IMG/VR virus record: IMGVR_UViG_2974624538_000001
Span: 46,771-110,770 of that record
Reading direction: 5' to 3' (one strand)
From: a virus
Lineage: Duplodnaviria; Heunggongvirae; Uroviricota; Caudoviricetes
DNA length: 64,000 bases
Numbering within the stretch: position 1 is the stretch's first letter; every line of letters begins with the position of its first letter. Below, in pieces: positions 19,846 through 27,998 of the stretch. The notes below the pieces were generated by a model that was not told the DNA's origin, did no database searches, and saw only the letters and a program-made list of their open reading frames with translations. The position numbers were made by a program, and so were the translations under genes.

Positions 19846-19962
19846 GGGTCGGCTGGATGAGGGTTATCTAACCTAAATTATACAACAGTCAATGGTAATT
19901 CCTGGTGGATTCCAGGGAGTGTGGTGACTATAACACTATCTCCCTCGCCTACAACATATCCG
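19846..19962 (+). ncRNA. Y RNA-like element 1
   Basis: 5' GGGTCGGCTGGATG...GGTTATCT...3' ACATATCCG shared framework; AAGCTT ends 2 nt upstream; internal hairpin TTCCTGG/CCAGGGA. Confidence 0.55.
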
Positions 19963-19989
19963 AAATGTTTTACAGCGCTTAGGCGCTAT

Positions 19990-20064
19990 TGGGGTGTAGC
20001 TCGGTCTGGTTAGAGCATTCCGCTGATAACGGAACGGTCGTGGGTTCAAATCCCACCGCCCCAA
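19990..20064 (+). tRNA. tRNA-Ile(GAT)
   Basis: acceptor TGGGGTG/CGCCCCA, D GCTC-GGTCTGGTTA-GAGC, anticodon arm TTCCG-CTGATAA-CGGAA, T GTGGG-TTCAAAT-CCCAC. Confidence 0.75.
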
Positions 20065-20070
20065 CTTTAT

Positions 20071-20202
20071 GGGTCGGATTCAATAGTTTAACTTAAATCC
20101 AAACCGCGTGTCCTAGGTTCGAATCCTAGTCCCGGCTTTCAAGTCGGGGTAGCTCAGTGGCAGAGCAGTGGTCATTAAAAACACTATTGAAACAACATAT
20201 CC
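20071..20202 (+). ncRNA. Y RNA-like element 2 with tRNA-like module (YrlA-like)
   Basis: 5' GGGTCGGAT...3' ACATATCC; internal T-arm CCTAGG-TTCGAAT-CCTAG and an acceptor/D-arm-like GGGGTAGCTCAGTGGCAGAGC segment. Confidence 0.55.
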
Positions 20203-20222
20203 ATGAAAAACTTAAAATTTGC

Positions 20223-20358
20223 GGGTCGGATGAATTCAGTTATCTTCCTACCATAAATCAGAAAGTCAAGGTTCGACTCCTTGAAGGGGTGAATGAGAGA
20301 GGTCTCAGCTAGCCTGAACAGTTAGTGAATCCCACTTCTGAATTCAATATTATATCCG
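20223..20358 (+). ncRNA. Y RNA-like element 3 with tRNA-like T-arm
   Basis: GGGTCGGATGAATTCAGTTATCT...CTGAATTCAATATTATATCCG terminal stem (GAATTCAG/CTGAATTC 8 bp); internal CAAGG-TTCGACT-CCTTG. Confidence 0.6.
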
Positions 20359-20368
20359 CAAAAGCTTT

Positions 20369-20462
20369 GGGTCGGATGGAAATCTTTATCATAAGTTCAA
20401 CTCTTATCATCCCCCCTCATGGGGATGGGGCGTGGTGCCCACTGGTTTACTGCAACATACCC
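20369..20462 (+). ncRNA. Y RNA-like element 4
   Basis: GGGTCGGATGG...TTTATC...ACATACCC; AAGCTT ends 1 nt upstream. Confidence 0.5.
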
Positions 20463-20468
20463 AATTAT

Positions 20469-20552
20469 GGAGGCGCTAACATCGGCGGCGTGGAACGGTC
20501 TTGAAAACCGTACGTTCGAAAGGACGTGTGAGTTCGAATCTCACCGCCTCCG
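20469..20552 (+). tRNA. tRNA-Ser(TGA)
   Basis: acceptor GGAGGCG/CGCCTCC, anticodon arm ACGGT-CTTGAAA-ACCGT, long variable arm, T GTGAG-TTCGAAT-CTCAC. Confidence 0.7.
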
Positions 20553-20573
20553 CTTTACCCTAAGGAGTAAAGT

Positions 20574-20759
20574 ATGACTGAGACAGAGAATGTCGGTCCT
20601 ACTTCGTATCAGCTAGCAATCATCCTTGCACTTCAGAGCAAGCATGTCTATGCTAATACAGTTAGTTACGAAGAGATTGCACGACGACGTAAGGCAAGCA
20701 AGCGAGCGCGGCTTCAGCGCAGAGTAAACAGAAGGCTTGACACGACACGTCGCTCGTGA
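20574..20759 (+). CDS. hypothetical small basic protein
   Basis: ORF with TAAGGAG RBS. Confidence 0.4.
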   Translation: MTETENVGPTSYQLAIILALQSKHVYANTVSYEEIARRRKASKRARLQRRVNRRLDTTRRS

Positions 20760-20851
20760 TAAGGTTTTATTAGTGCAGGGGAATTGATTGACCAATGGTC
20801 AGGCAAGAAGCACGCGGGTTCTTCATCATCCCGTCCCCATAAAATGAATAT

Positions 20852-20928
20852 GCGCCGTGGGGCTGCTAGGTTGTGGCCACTGCCCTGTCAAGGCAGACAT
20901 CAGGCGGGTTCGATTCCCGTACGGCGCG
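20852..20928 (+). tRNA. tRNA-Asp(GTC)
   Basis: acceptor GCGCCGT/ACGGCGC, anticodon arm CTGCC-CTGTCAA-GGCAG, T CGGG-TTCGATT-CCCG. Confidence 0.7.
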
Positions 20929-20956
20929 CTTTCGTAAATGAACAAAAGGAGTTCTG

Positions 20957-21157
20957 ATGGCACGAGTTAAGAAGTTCGACCTTGTTGAGCTTGACAAGGA
21001 CGGGTGGTTCTCTGCTAAGGTTAGTGGAAAGTTCCGGGGTTTGGTCGAGAAGACTGGTCGTAGCAACTACACACTTCACCTTGGCAAGAATGATGTGACA
21101 AACTTCAAGACTAAGAAGGCTCTTGAGACGTGGCTCACCGAGAAGTGGGCATCTTAA
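20957..21157 (+). CDS. hypothetical protein
   Basis: ORF with AAAGGAG RBS. Confidence 0.45.
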   Translation: MARVKKFDLVELDKDGWFSAKVSGKFRGLVEKTGRSNYTLHLGKNDVTNFKTKKALETWLTEKWAS

Positions 21158-21178
21158 ACAATTGAATATTTAGCGTTC

Positions 21179-21239
21179 GGGTCGGATGCAATCGCTTATC
21201 TATTATGGGAATATAAACGCGATTGCTCTAACATATCCG
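21179..21239 (+). ncRNA. Y RNA-like element 5 (minimal form)
   Basis: GGGTCGGATG-CAATCGC-TTATCT...-GCGATTG-CTCTAACATATCCG. Confidence 0.5.
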
Positions 21240-21251
21240 TTCTAAACTTCT

Positions 21252-21408
21252 AGCCCCTAATGATTTCGGGTCGGATGTTTCTTGGTTATCTTACTGTGAA
21301 TGAGGAGTTCTGGGTTCGAATCCCAGCGGGTCCACTCTTGGGCCTGTAGTTTAACTGGCAAAACGTAAACCCGAGGAACGCTTATATATCCGTCATATCA
21401 TTAGGGGC
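21252..21408 (+). ncRNA. Y RNA-like element 6 with tRNA-like T-arm and extended terminal stem
   Basis: core GGGTCGGATG...GGTTATCT...ATATATCCG (21268-21392) enclosed by a perfect 13-bp inverted repeat AGCCCCTAATGAT/ATCATTAGGGGCT; internal CTGGG-TTCGAAT-CCCAG. Confidence 0.6.
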
Positions 21409-21415
21409 TAAGCTT

Positions 21416-21622
21416 TTGTCTAGAAAAGGAGAGACAATGCCTCGCTACGAGAAGAAGCCGAAGATTAACGCAAACCTTGTGAAGAAGTTTGATGAGGAGT
21501 ATTACCGCGTACTTGACGATGTGCAGATGCGTGCGCTAAAGTTCAAGGGCAACGTGCGGCCGGAAGGCAAGGTTGTTGAAACCAAGACGCACATCATCAG
21601 TTATTACATTGAGGTGGATTAA
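21416..21622 (+). CDS. hypothetical protein
   Basis: ORF with AAAAGGAGAG RBS. Confidence 0.45.
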   Translation: MSRKGETMPRYEKKPKINANLVKKFDEEYYRVLDDVQMRALKFKGNVRPEGKVVETKTHIISYYIEVD

Positions 21623-21988
21623 ATGCTGAACTGGCTAGGCCAGGACGTAAAGGTAGGCTCTGTGGTTTTTCGCGGGGCTAGGCAAGGCAACTCTTCCAGT
21701 CACAAGATTGGTGTGGTAGAGTCTATCAATGAGAAGACACGCAAGGCGCGGGTTGCATGGAAGTATGAATGTGGTGTCCAGTGGATTCGTCCAGCACAAG
21801 GACAGTCATACTACCTTGAGTGTCCATACAAGTTGAGTGATAAGTCAAAGGGAAATCCTGACGTCGGTCCTCTTGTGGTTGTTCCTCATGGTCTGCTAAC
21901 ATCAGCAGAGAACATGATTAAGGGTGCGGAGATGGCTAAGGCTCAGAATGTTCCAGCCGATGAAATTGACAATTTCATTCAGGTCTAA
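21623..21988 (+). CDS. hypothetical protein (KOW-like N-terminus)
   Basis: VKVGSVVFRGARQGN...HKIGVVESI resembles the small KOW-like paralogue family. Confidence 0.45.
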   Translation: MLNWLGQDVKVGSVVFRGARQGNSSSHKIGVVESINEKTRKARVAWKYECGVQWIRPAQGQSYYLECPYKLSDKSKGNPDVGPLVVVPHGLLTSAENMIKGAEMAKAQNVPADEIDNFIQV

Positions 21989-22059
21989 AATTTAATAGCC
22001 GGTAATACCGGCAAGCTTCCATAAACAATATGCCCAGAATGGGCCGAAAGGATTAGAAA

Positions 22060-23676
22060 ATGTCTAATGCACTTGGTAAGTTTGCTGCTTCTCAGAAGCA
22101 GGACCGTGTTTCTACTCCTCAGACAAAGCGTACCCCTGGTCGCACGGATGAGGTAAAGAACAACGCGGGCGGGTTTGTGTTCAAGGTAGACGACAAGTCT
22201 CGCCTTGAGCGATTCCTGGTTCTTGGTACTGACAAGGGTACCTACTACGTTGGTGAGCAGAAGTTGACGGCTCAGAACATTTCCTTCCTGAAGGAGATGG
22301 TCCGTAAGGATGAGCGTCTGGTCGTGGACACTGCTGTTGACGTCTCTGTAAATGGTCGTGCGCTTAAGAATTCTCCTGCGCTCTTCGCTATGGCTACGGT
22401 TATGACGGAGGGTCAGGATAAGGCTTACGCTCGTGAGGCCGTTCAGAAGGTTGCTCGTACTTCTACCCACCTGTTCGAGTACGCACAGTACATCGATGAC
22501 CTTGGTGGTTGGGGTCGTGCAAAGCGTCGTTCTGTCGCTGAGTGGTACGAGAACAAGTCTCTGGATATGCTTGCATACCAGGCTGTCAAGTACCGTCAGA
22601 GGAATGGTTGGACGCACCGTGACCTGTTCCGTCTGTCTCATCCTCAGGGTGTGGACCAGGGCGTTGGCAACTTCATCCTTGGCAAGGACGTAGAGTCTGA
22701 GGTGGAAATTCTTAAGGGCTTCGCTGAGATGCAGTCTGCGACTTCGGTCAAGGATGTTATCAGGACGCTGGAGACTTTTAGGAACCTTCCTTGGGAGACC
22801 ATTCCTACTCAGTTCCTCAAGGACGTGAAGGTGTGGAAGACTCTCTTCTACAATGGTCAGCTTCGTGGCCAGGCTCTCATTCGTAACATCACTCGACTCG
22901 CTCGAATTGGTGCGTTTGATGACATGGTTTTCGCAACTGACTACGCGAATGCAATTGCTAACCAGGAAATGATTCAGAAGACTCGTCTTCACCCAATCAA
23001 CTTCCTGAATGCGGTTGTTGTTCACGAGTACGGTCAGATTGACCGTAACGGTTACAGCATGTGGAGTGCCGGACGTAAGAAGGATTGGAAGTCTAATGGA
23101 AAGATTGTGGATGCTCTCAATGAGGGATTCCACATGGCATTCAAGACTGTCGAGCCTTCTGGCAAGAGGACTCTCGTTGCAACTGACGTTTCTGGCTCCA
23201 TGAGTCAGAGCGCCATCGGACTTGACCTTTCTTGCGCTCAGGTTTCTGCGGCTGTTGCCATGACGGTTGCTCGCACTGAGCCTTACAGTGACATTGTTGG
23301 CTTCTCTAGCAGCATTGTTGACTTGGGCATTACCGCTAAGAGTTCTTTTGCCGACGCAATGCGTAAGGTGAGTAACAGGAACTTCGGTGGTACGGATGCG
23401 GCTGCTGCAATTAAGTACGCTGACCAGAAGGGAATTCAGGTTGACACCTTCGTTGTTATCACTGATAACGAGACGTGGGGCGGAAGCCAGAAGCCTTTCC
23501 AGGCACTTAAGCAGTACCGTCAGAAGACCGGAATTGATGCGCGTCTTGCGGTTCTCGGTGTGGCGTCTACGGACTTCACCATCGCTGACCCTACGGACCG
23601 TGGAATGATGGACTTCGTTGGTTTCGATGCAAATGCGCCTAAGGCCCTCGCGGACTTCAGCGCTGGTCGTATCTGA
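22060..23676 (+). CDS. rsr: Ro60-like ribonucleoprotein (TROVE domain plus C-terminal vWA/MIDAS), Rsr orthologue
   Basis: 538 aa; TROVE-like N-terminal region; vWA with MIDAS DVSGSM...TDNETWGG; adjacent to the Y RNA-like array. Confidence 0.8.
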   Translation: MSNALGKFAASQKQDRVSTPQTKRTPGRTDEVKNNAGGFVFKVDDKSRLERFLVLGTDKGTYYVGEQKLTAQNISFLKEMVRKDERLVVDTAVDVSVNGRALKNSPALFAMATVMTEGQDKAYAREAVQKVARTSTHLFEYAQYIDDLGGWGRAKRRSVAEWYENKSLDMLAYQAVKYRQRNGWTHRDLFRLSHPQGVDQGVGNFILGKDVESEVEILKGFAEMQSATSVKDVIRTLETFRNLPWETIPTQFLKDVKVWKTLFYNGQLRGQALIRNITRLARIGAFDDMVFATDYANAIANQEMIQKTRLHPINFLNAVVVHEYGQIDRNGYSMWSAGRKKDWKSNGKIVDALNEGFHMAFKTVEPSGKRTLVATDVSGSMSQSAIGLDLSCAQVSAAVAMTVARTEPYSDIVGFSSSIVDLGITAKSSFADAMRKVSNRNFGGTDAAAAIKYADQKGIQVDTFVVITDNETWGGSQKPFQALKQYRQKTGIDARLAVLGVASTDFTIADPTDRGMMDFVGFDANAPKALADFSAGRI

Positions 23677-23731
23677 AACACTGGGGGGTGAAGAGAAATC
23701 TTCACCCCCCAAGCTTGTTTTAAGGAGACGA

Positions 23732-24676
23732 ATGTTCATGTACAATGATGCCTTCGTCAATTATGAAGTCAGTGCTGACCATGATTATATGGATGTGTAT
23801 GCAGACCAATATTCTGCACCATTCCAATATAAACTAGAAAGTAAGATTGTGCATAAGTTGCACGTAAGGACTCTGGACACAGAAGCAAACGTCCGAATGG
23901 AGACAGGCTACAAATATTCTACAGCCGTTGTAATCTCCTGCCTACTAGCTGCACTGAAGAATATTGATGATGGCTACGTTTTTAGCCTGGCCTGTAAGAG
24001 GATTGAATCTCAGATGGGCTTTGAGGTAGATAGCTGGATTTCCCCCAAGATTATTGGGGGTATGGATATTGAATATCAGTATGTTGATAGCACCATATTC
24101 AATATTGATATTGTGGCAAGCATGTATTCCGGCGGGATTCATGAGCCAACGCTAGAACTAATCAAGACAGATTTGCAGTGGGATGTAACAATGAGACTCA
24201 ATTATTACTCTGGAGTTCATAAGGGTTGTATTGATATCACAATCCCACAAGAATGCATTCATGATTCGACAGCAATGAACCACGCACAAAATGTTCTATG
24301 GTCAAAGGCGTACGAAGTTATGCCAATGATGGGTCCTGACCTCTCATTTATGAGGTATACTCTTGGCATGTTGAATGGAGCAAAGTACCACAGCGGCGGG
24401 TTTGTTCCGCCACCAACTAAGGAAGTAAATTTCTCCGGTCCACTTGCGCACAGCAAGCAGCCGGTATATAGTGGTAAGGATGAGAGAGTGAATTTGCTGC
24501 CGGGTGTTAGAGAAAAGGTAAAGCATCCAGTAACAGGTTCAGAAAATACTCTGGAAAGAGTTATTATTAGTTTGAATGACCAGCATAAATGGACAAGGGA
24601 AGAGATTGCTGATTGGCTAGACACCCTTGACATTGACCTAACTTTTAAGGTAGAGGTAGATAATGAACAAGATTGA
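23732..24676 (+). CDS. hypothetical protein co-oriented immediately downstream of rsr
   Basis: ORF with AAGGAGA RBS after hairpin+AAGCTT; no recognisable motifs. Confidence 0.5.
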   Translation: MFMYNDAFVNYEVSADHDYMDVYADQYSAPFQYKLESKIVHKLHVRTLDTEANVRMETGYKYSTAVVISCLLAALKNIDDGYVFSLACKRIESQMGFEVDSWISPKIIGGMDIEYQYVDSTIFNIDIVASMYSGGIHEPTLELIKTDLQWDVTMRLNYYSGVHKGCIDITIPQECIHDSTAMNHAQNVLWSKAYEVMPMMGPDLSFMRYTLGMLNGAKYHSGGFVPPPTKEVNFSGPLAHSKQPVYSGKDERVNLLPGVREKVKHPVTGSENTLERVIISLNDQHKWTREEIADWLDTLDIDLTFKVEVDNEQD

Positions 24677-24869
24677 TGAGAAGGCCAAGGAACTTCAGGA
24701 GACCATCAATGAAATTGGCATGAGTGTTCTCACGAGTTACACCCTTGCTGATGCTATTCGTGATGGCTCAAAGGTCTCTGAGCAGGAGTATGGTTGGGGA
24801 GATGGCGAGACTGCCTGTGCTCTCACCGCTGCTGTAATCGGTGCCAAGTCTCGTGGATATGTCGATTGA
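24663..24869 (+). CDS. hypothetical protein
   Basis: ORF. Confidence 0.4.
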   Translation: MNKIDEKAKELQETINEIGMSVLTSYTLADAIRDGSKVSEQEYGWGDGETACALTAAVIGAKSRGYVD

Positions 24870-24946
24870 CATTGACTCGTGGTCATGTTAGTATAACTAC
24901 ATGAGGTCTTAAGGAAACCGTTGGGCCGTTGTCAACGGAACCACTT

Positions 24947-25019
24947 AGTCCCGTAGCTCAGGGGATAGAGCGTCACACTGCGGATGTGAAGGTCGGAGGT
25001 TCGAATCCTCTCGGGACTG
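24947..25019 (+). tRNA. tRNA-Arg(GCG)
   Basis: acceptor AGTCCCG/CGGGACT, D GCTC-AGGGGATA-GAGC, anticodon arm TCACA-CTGCGGA-TGTGA, T GGAGG-TTCGAAT-CCTCT. Confidence 0.6.
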
Positions 25020-25161
25020 CGTTAGCGAGTGTTAGCCTAGCTTATTTTTGGCGGGTAGCATAAGCCATTAATAGGCAAGACACAATGTGAAAAGGATAGA
25101 CCATGCTACAGTCTCCTGAGTAACTAGTAGGAAATAGGTCTCCAAGGTGCGCTAACACCAT

Positions 25162-25235
25162 GCCCCAGTAATGGCCCGGTCTTCTAAACCAGAGGTGCAT
25201 AACGGATGATGCTGGTTCGAATCCAGTCTGGGGTG
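25162..25235 (+). tRNA. tRNA-like element, anticodon/D region non-canonical (identity undetermined)
   Basis: acceptor GCCCCAG/CTGGGGT and T-arm GCTGG-TTCGAAT-CCAGT are clear; the middle does not fold as a standard D/anticodon arm. Confidence 0.35.
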
Positions 25236-25381
25236 CGTGGAACGTAAACTAACTATCTATTACGAATCCAATTCACAAATCGATGAAGACGCTCTGTTTG
25301 AGCACATTCATCGATTCTTTTGTGAAAATCCGGAAGACCCGGATGTGGACAACTGTCCTCTGTATGCCATGACAGCTCAGA

Positions 25382-26008
25382 ATGTATTGGACTAAGAATA
25401 ATATGAGTGGTAGGATACTCCTAAGAAGAAAATTTAGGAGGACTGAGTTGCCTAAGAGAAAGTTTTTTTATGATACCGAATTCCATGAGGATGGTAAGAC
25501 GATTGACTTGATTTCAATTGGCATTGTTCGTGGAGACGGTAAGGAATACTATGCGGTATCATCTGATGCAGATTATCGCAGGGTGTTCGAGAATACATGG
25601 CTAATGAACCATGTAATGAATACTATCGACCATGTAGTGGTTGAAGACATTAATCATGGTGGATATACAATCATTCCAACAGGGCCTTTCGTAAAGACAC
25701 GTGAACAAATTCGAGATGAAATTATCGAATTTGTTATGGAAAGTCAGGACGAATTCCATGACCCTCATGGAGAAGCAAAGGCTGAACTGTGGGCCTGGTA
25801 TGCTGATTATGACCATGTAGCGCTCTGTCAGCTCTTTGGTAAAATGATTGATTTGCCTACCGGATTCCCGATGTTTACAAGAGATTTGAGACAGCATTGG
25901 GAATACAAGGGATATCCAGAGCTGCCAAGGCAGTCTGATGGAGAGCACAACGCGCTTGACGATGCACGCCACAATCTGGTAATGTATAAGTACATGGAAG
26001 GTCTGTGA
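25382..26008 (+). CDS. DEDDh 3'-5' exo(ribo)nuclease (RNase T/oligoribonuclease-like)
   Basis: ExoI FYDTEFHEDG, ExoII WAWYADYDHVAL, ExoIII HNALDDARHNLVMY. Confidence 0.65.
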   Translation: MYWTKNNMSGRILLRRKFRRTELPKRKFFYDTEFHEDGKTIDLISIGIVRGDGKEYYAVSSDADYRRVFENTWLMNHVMNTIDHVVVEDINHGGYTIIPTGPFVKTREQIRDEIIEFVMESQDEFHDPHGEAKAELWAWYADYDHVALCQLFGKMIDLPTGFPMFTRDLRQHWEYKGYPELPRQSDGEHNALDDARHNLVMYKYMEGL

Positions 26009-26155
26009 GCGTCATGGAAGAGTATACACTAACTTTGCAGTTGACTGTAAAGATTGAGGCACCTGACGCAGGAGACGCACTAGACGTTGCTCTCGACAAT
26101 TTTGGCAAGGGTTGCGCGGGTGGCGTTGATGTGGTAGAGTATGAGGTGTTGAAGA

Positions 26156-26362
26156 TTGCTGAACCTAAGTGACCTAGAAAACCAAGGGCTGACTGTAAAG
26201 AAGTTCTGTGGGCTAGACATTCAAGAAAATGTGGGTTGCACTGGAGAGGCTGTAGGTGATATTGTTGCAGAGATGGAAGATGGAATGCAAATTCCAATCC
26301 CAGTCTGCCAGCAGCACCTAGATGTAATTCAGTCACATTTTGATGTTGAAAGTCTAGGTTGA
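26156..26362 (+). CDS. hypothetical protein
   Basis: ORF. Confidence 0.3.
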   Translation: MLNLSDLENQGLTVKKFCGLDIQENVGCTGEAVGDIVAEMEDGMQIPIPVCQQHLDVIQSHFDVESLG

Positions 26363-26388
26363 CACACACCAAGACTCTTGCTATGATA
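26359..26388 (+). promoter_or_regulatory. sigma70-like promoter TTGACA-N18-TATGAT
   Basis: about 13 nt upstream of tRNA-Ala. Confidence 0.5.
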
Positions 26389-26400
26389 GAAGAGTCAATG

Positions 26401-26474
26401 GGGGCTTAGCTCATCGTAGGTAGAGCACTTGCCTTGCAAGCAAGAGGTGGCCGGTTCGAGCCCGGCAGTCTCCA
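26401..26474 (+). tRNA. tRNA-Ala(TGC)
   Basis: acceptor GGGGCTT with G3:U70, anticodon arm CTTGC-CTTGCAA-GCAAG, T GCCGG-TTCGAGC-CCGGC. Confidence 0.7.
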
Positions 26475-26509
26475 CTGGTCATATTTGACCTACAAGGAGG
26501 TGGACAGCT

Positions 26510-26569
26510 ATGCTGTACACACTACTAGTAATCTTGGTAATCATCGTTATCTTGATGCTGATTTTCTAA
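26510..26569 (+). CDS. 19-aa hydrophobic micropeptide MLYTLLVILVIIVILMLIF
   Basis: AAGGAGG RBS 7 nt upstream of ATG; wholly hydrophobic. Confidence 0.3.
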   Translation: MLYTLLVILVIIVILMLIF

Positions 26570-26580
26570 GGAGGGTTGGC

Positions 26581-26670
26581 ATGAGAGGTAGCGACGTAGT
26601 ATGGACAATCGCAGGAGTTCTTATCTGTATTGCTCTTGTCGTATGGCTTGCAGATAATGTGAGCTTCTGA
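26581..26670 (+). CDS. 29-aa hydrophobic micropeptide MRGSDVVWTIAGVLICIALVVWLADNVSF
   Basis: TAAGGAGGG RBS; single TM helix. Confidence 0.35.
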   Translation: MRGSDVVWTIAGVLICIALVVWLADNVSF

Positions 26671-26780
26671 TAGAGTAAAGCTAAACGGCCACGATGGAGG
26701 TCAAGGTAATCAGGAAGTTGGCTATGGATTGCCGGAAGTTCGAGACGCGGAGCCAAACCTACGTCGAACAATCCATCAAT

Positions 26781-26853
26781 GCTCCGGTAGCTCAGTTGGC
26801 AGAGCAGGCGGCTCTTAACCGTCGTGTCGGGAGTTCAAGTCTCCCTCGGAGTA
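26781..26853 (+). tRNA. tRNA-Lys(CTT)
   Basis: acceptor GCTCCGG/TCGGAGT, D GCTC-AGTTGGCA-GAGC, anticodon arm GGCGG-CTCTTAA-CCGTC, T GGGAG-TTCAAGT-CTCCC. Confidence 0.65.
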
Positions 26854-26865
26854 CGTAAAATTAAA

Positions 26866-26896
26866 ACACCCCCGTTAGTTTCTGGCGGGGGTTTTC
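26866..26896 (+). terminator. rho-independent terminator
   Basis: ACCCCCGttagtttctgGCGGGGGTTTT. Confidence 0.6.
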
Positions 26897-26921
26897 CATT
26901 TAATAAAACAAAGGAGAAAAA

Positions 26922-27722
26922 ATGTTCGGTCGTCGCAAGGCTTTCGTCGCTGATAACTCTAAGCGTGTCCTCAAGACTGTTAAGGTTGTCAAGCGTGACC
27001 CTTCTGTCGCCGCTGCACCTGTTGACCTTATTAAGAAGGTTGGTGTTTCTTTCGAGAAGAAGGTTGAGTCTGCTGTTAACCTGAACAAGAATGTTAGTGG
27101 TCCTTCTCGCGGTGTTGTGTGGAATGTAATTGGTCTGCTCGATGAGTCTTACTCTATGGACCCGTTCTTCTATGATGGTACTGTTCAGGAGATTGTTGAC
27201 CGTGTGCTTGCGTGGTCTGCCTCGGTTGATGCTGATGGTCTGGTGCCCTTTGGCGGGTTTGCTAACAGTCACGTTTGGCATGGTGACGTTGACCTGACGA
27301 ACGTTAATAACGTCGTTCAGACGAATAACTGGTCCCCGTGGGGCGGTACGAATCTCGCTGACTCTCTCAAGGCTATCCTTGACATGGTTAAGGATATGGG
27401 AGATGCTTGGCAGGAGAACCCCATCCTTCTCTTCATCGTGACGGATGGTATGCCTCAGAATCAGGGTCTTGTGAAGCAGTACATTCAGGAGCTTTCTCAG
27501 TATCCTGTGTTCATCAAGATTCTTCGGGTTGGCAATGACCTCGGTGCCAAGGCTTTCGTTGAGGACCTTGACAACATGACCACCGGTCGTCTTGTGGATA
27601 ATGTTGAGGCTCCGGATGATGGTCTTTACAAGGGTATGCCCGACGATGCGTTTAATGCTGCTATGATTCATGACATGGACAAGTACGTGAATGACGCAAC
27701 TGCGGTGGGTCTTCTCAGTTGA
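26922..27722 (+). CDS. von Willebrand factor A (vWA) domain protein
   Basis: MIDAS DESYSMD...GGTN...TDGMP; TerY-like layout. Confidence 0.6.
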   Translation: MFGRRKAFVADNSKRVLKTVKVVKRDPSVAAAPVDLIKKVGVSFEKKVESAVNLNKNVSGPSRGVVWNVIGLLDESYSMDPFFYDGTVQEIVDRVLAWSASVDADGLVPFGGFANSHVWHGDVDLTNVNNVVQTNNWSPWGGTNLADSLKAILDMVKDMGDAWQENPILLFIVTDGMPQNQGLVKQYIQELSQYPVFIKILRVGNDLGAKAFVEDLDNMTTGRLVDNVEAPDDGLYKGMPDDAFNAAMIHDMDKYVNDATAVGLLS

Positions 27723-27748
27723 CAAGCCTGAGCTTGTCATGTAGTATA
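27720..27748 (+). promoter_or_regulatory. sigma70-like promoter TTGACA-N17-TAGTAT; -35 within palindrome TTGACAAGC..GCTTGTCA
   Basis: about 28 nt upstream of tRNA-Met. Confidence 0.5.
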
Positions 27749-27776
27749 TAAGAACAAGGCGTCGAGAGACGCTGTG

Positions 27777-27850
27777 GCGGTATAGCTCAGTTGGTCAGAG
27801 CGTTCCCCTCATAAGGGAAAGGCCACTGGTTCGAGTCCAGTTGCCGCTAC
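27777..27850 (+). tRNA. tRNA-Met(CAT), elongator type
   Basis: acceptor GGCGGTA/TGCCGCT, anticodon arm TTCCC-CTCATAA-GGGAA, T ACTGG-TTCGAGT-CCAGT. Confidence 0.65.
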
Positions 27851-27851
27851 T

Positions 27852-27925
27852 GCGCGGTAGTGAAGTTCGGTTATCACGCGGGGCTCATAATCCCGTATCG
27901 TGGGTTCAAATCCCACCTGCGCCAC
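27852..27925 (+). tRNA. tRNA-fMet(CAT), initiator type
   Basis: unpaired 1:72 (T1 x C72), three consecutive G:C pairs in anticodon stem (GGGG-CTCATAA-TCCC), D GTGA/TCAC. Confidence 0.6.
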
Positions 27926-27926
27926 G

Positions 27927-27998
27927 GTCCTTTAGCTTAGTTGGTAAAGCGGTCGGTTGAAGCCCGATAGTCTACGGTTCGATTCCGTGAGGGACCAC
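27927..27998 (+). tRNA. tRNA-Phe(GAA)
   Basis: acceptor GGTCCTT/AGGGACC, anticodon arm GTCGG-TTGAAGC-CCGAT, T ACGG-TTCGATT-CCGT. Confidence 0.7.

Noticed and set aside
21985-23760. 591-aa ORF on the minus strand
   Set aside because: It lies exactly antisense to the Ro60-like gene, which has clear vWA/MIDAS motifs. The minus-strand ORF is low-complexity and Ser/Arg/Leu-rich, with no RBS. It is treated as an antisense artefact.
26835-27740. 301-aa minus-strand ORF
   Set aside because: It is antisense to the vWA protein gene, which has a clear MIDAS motif and RBS.
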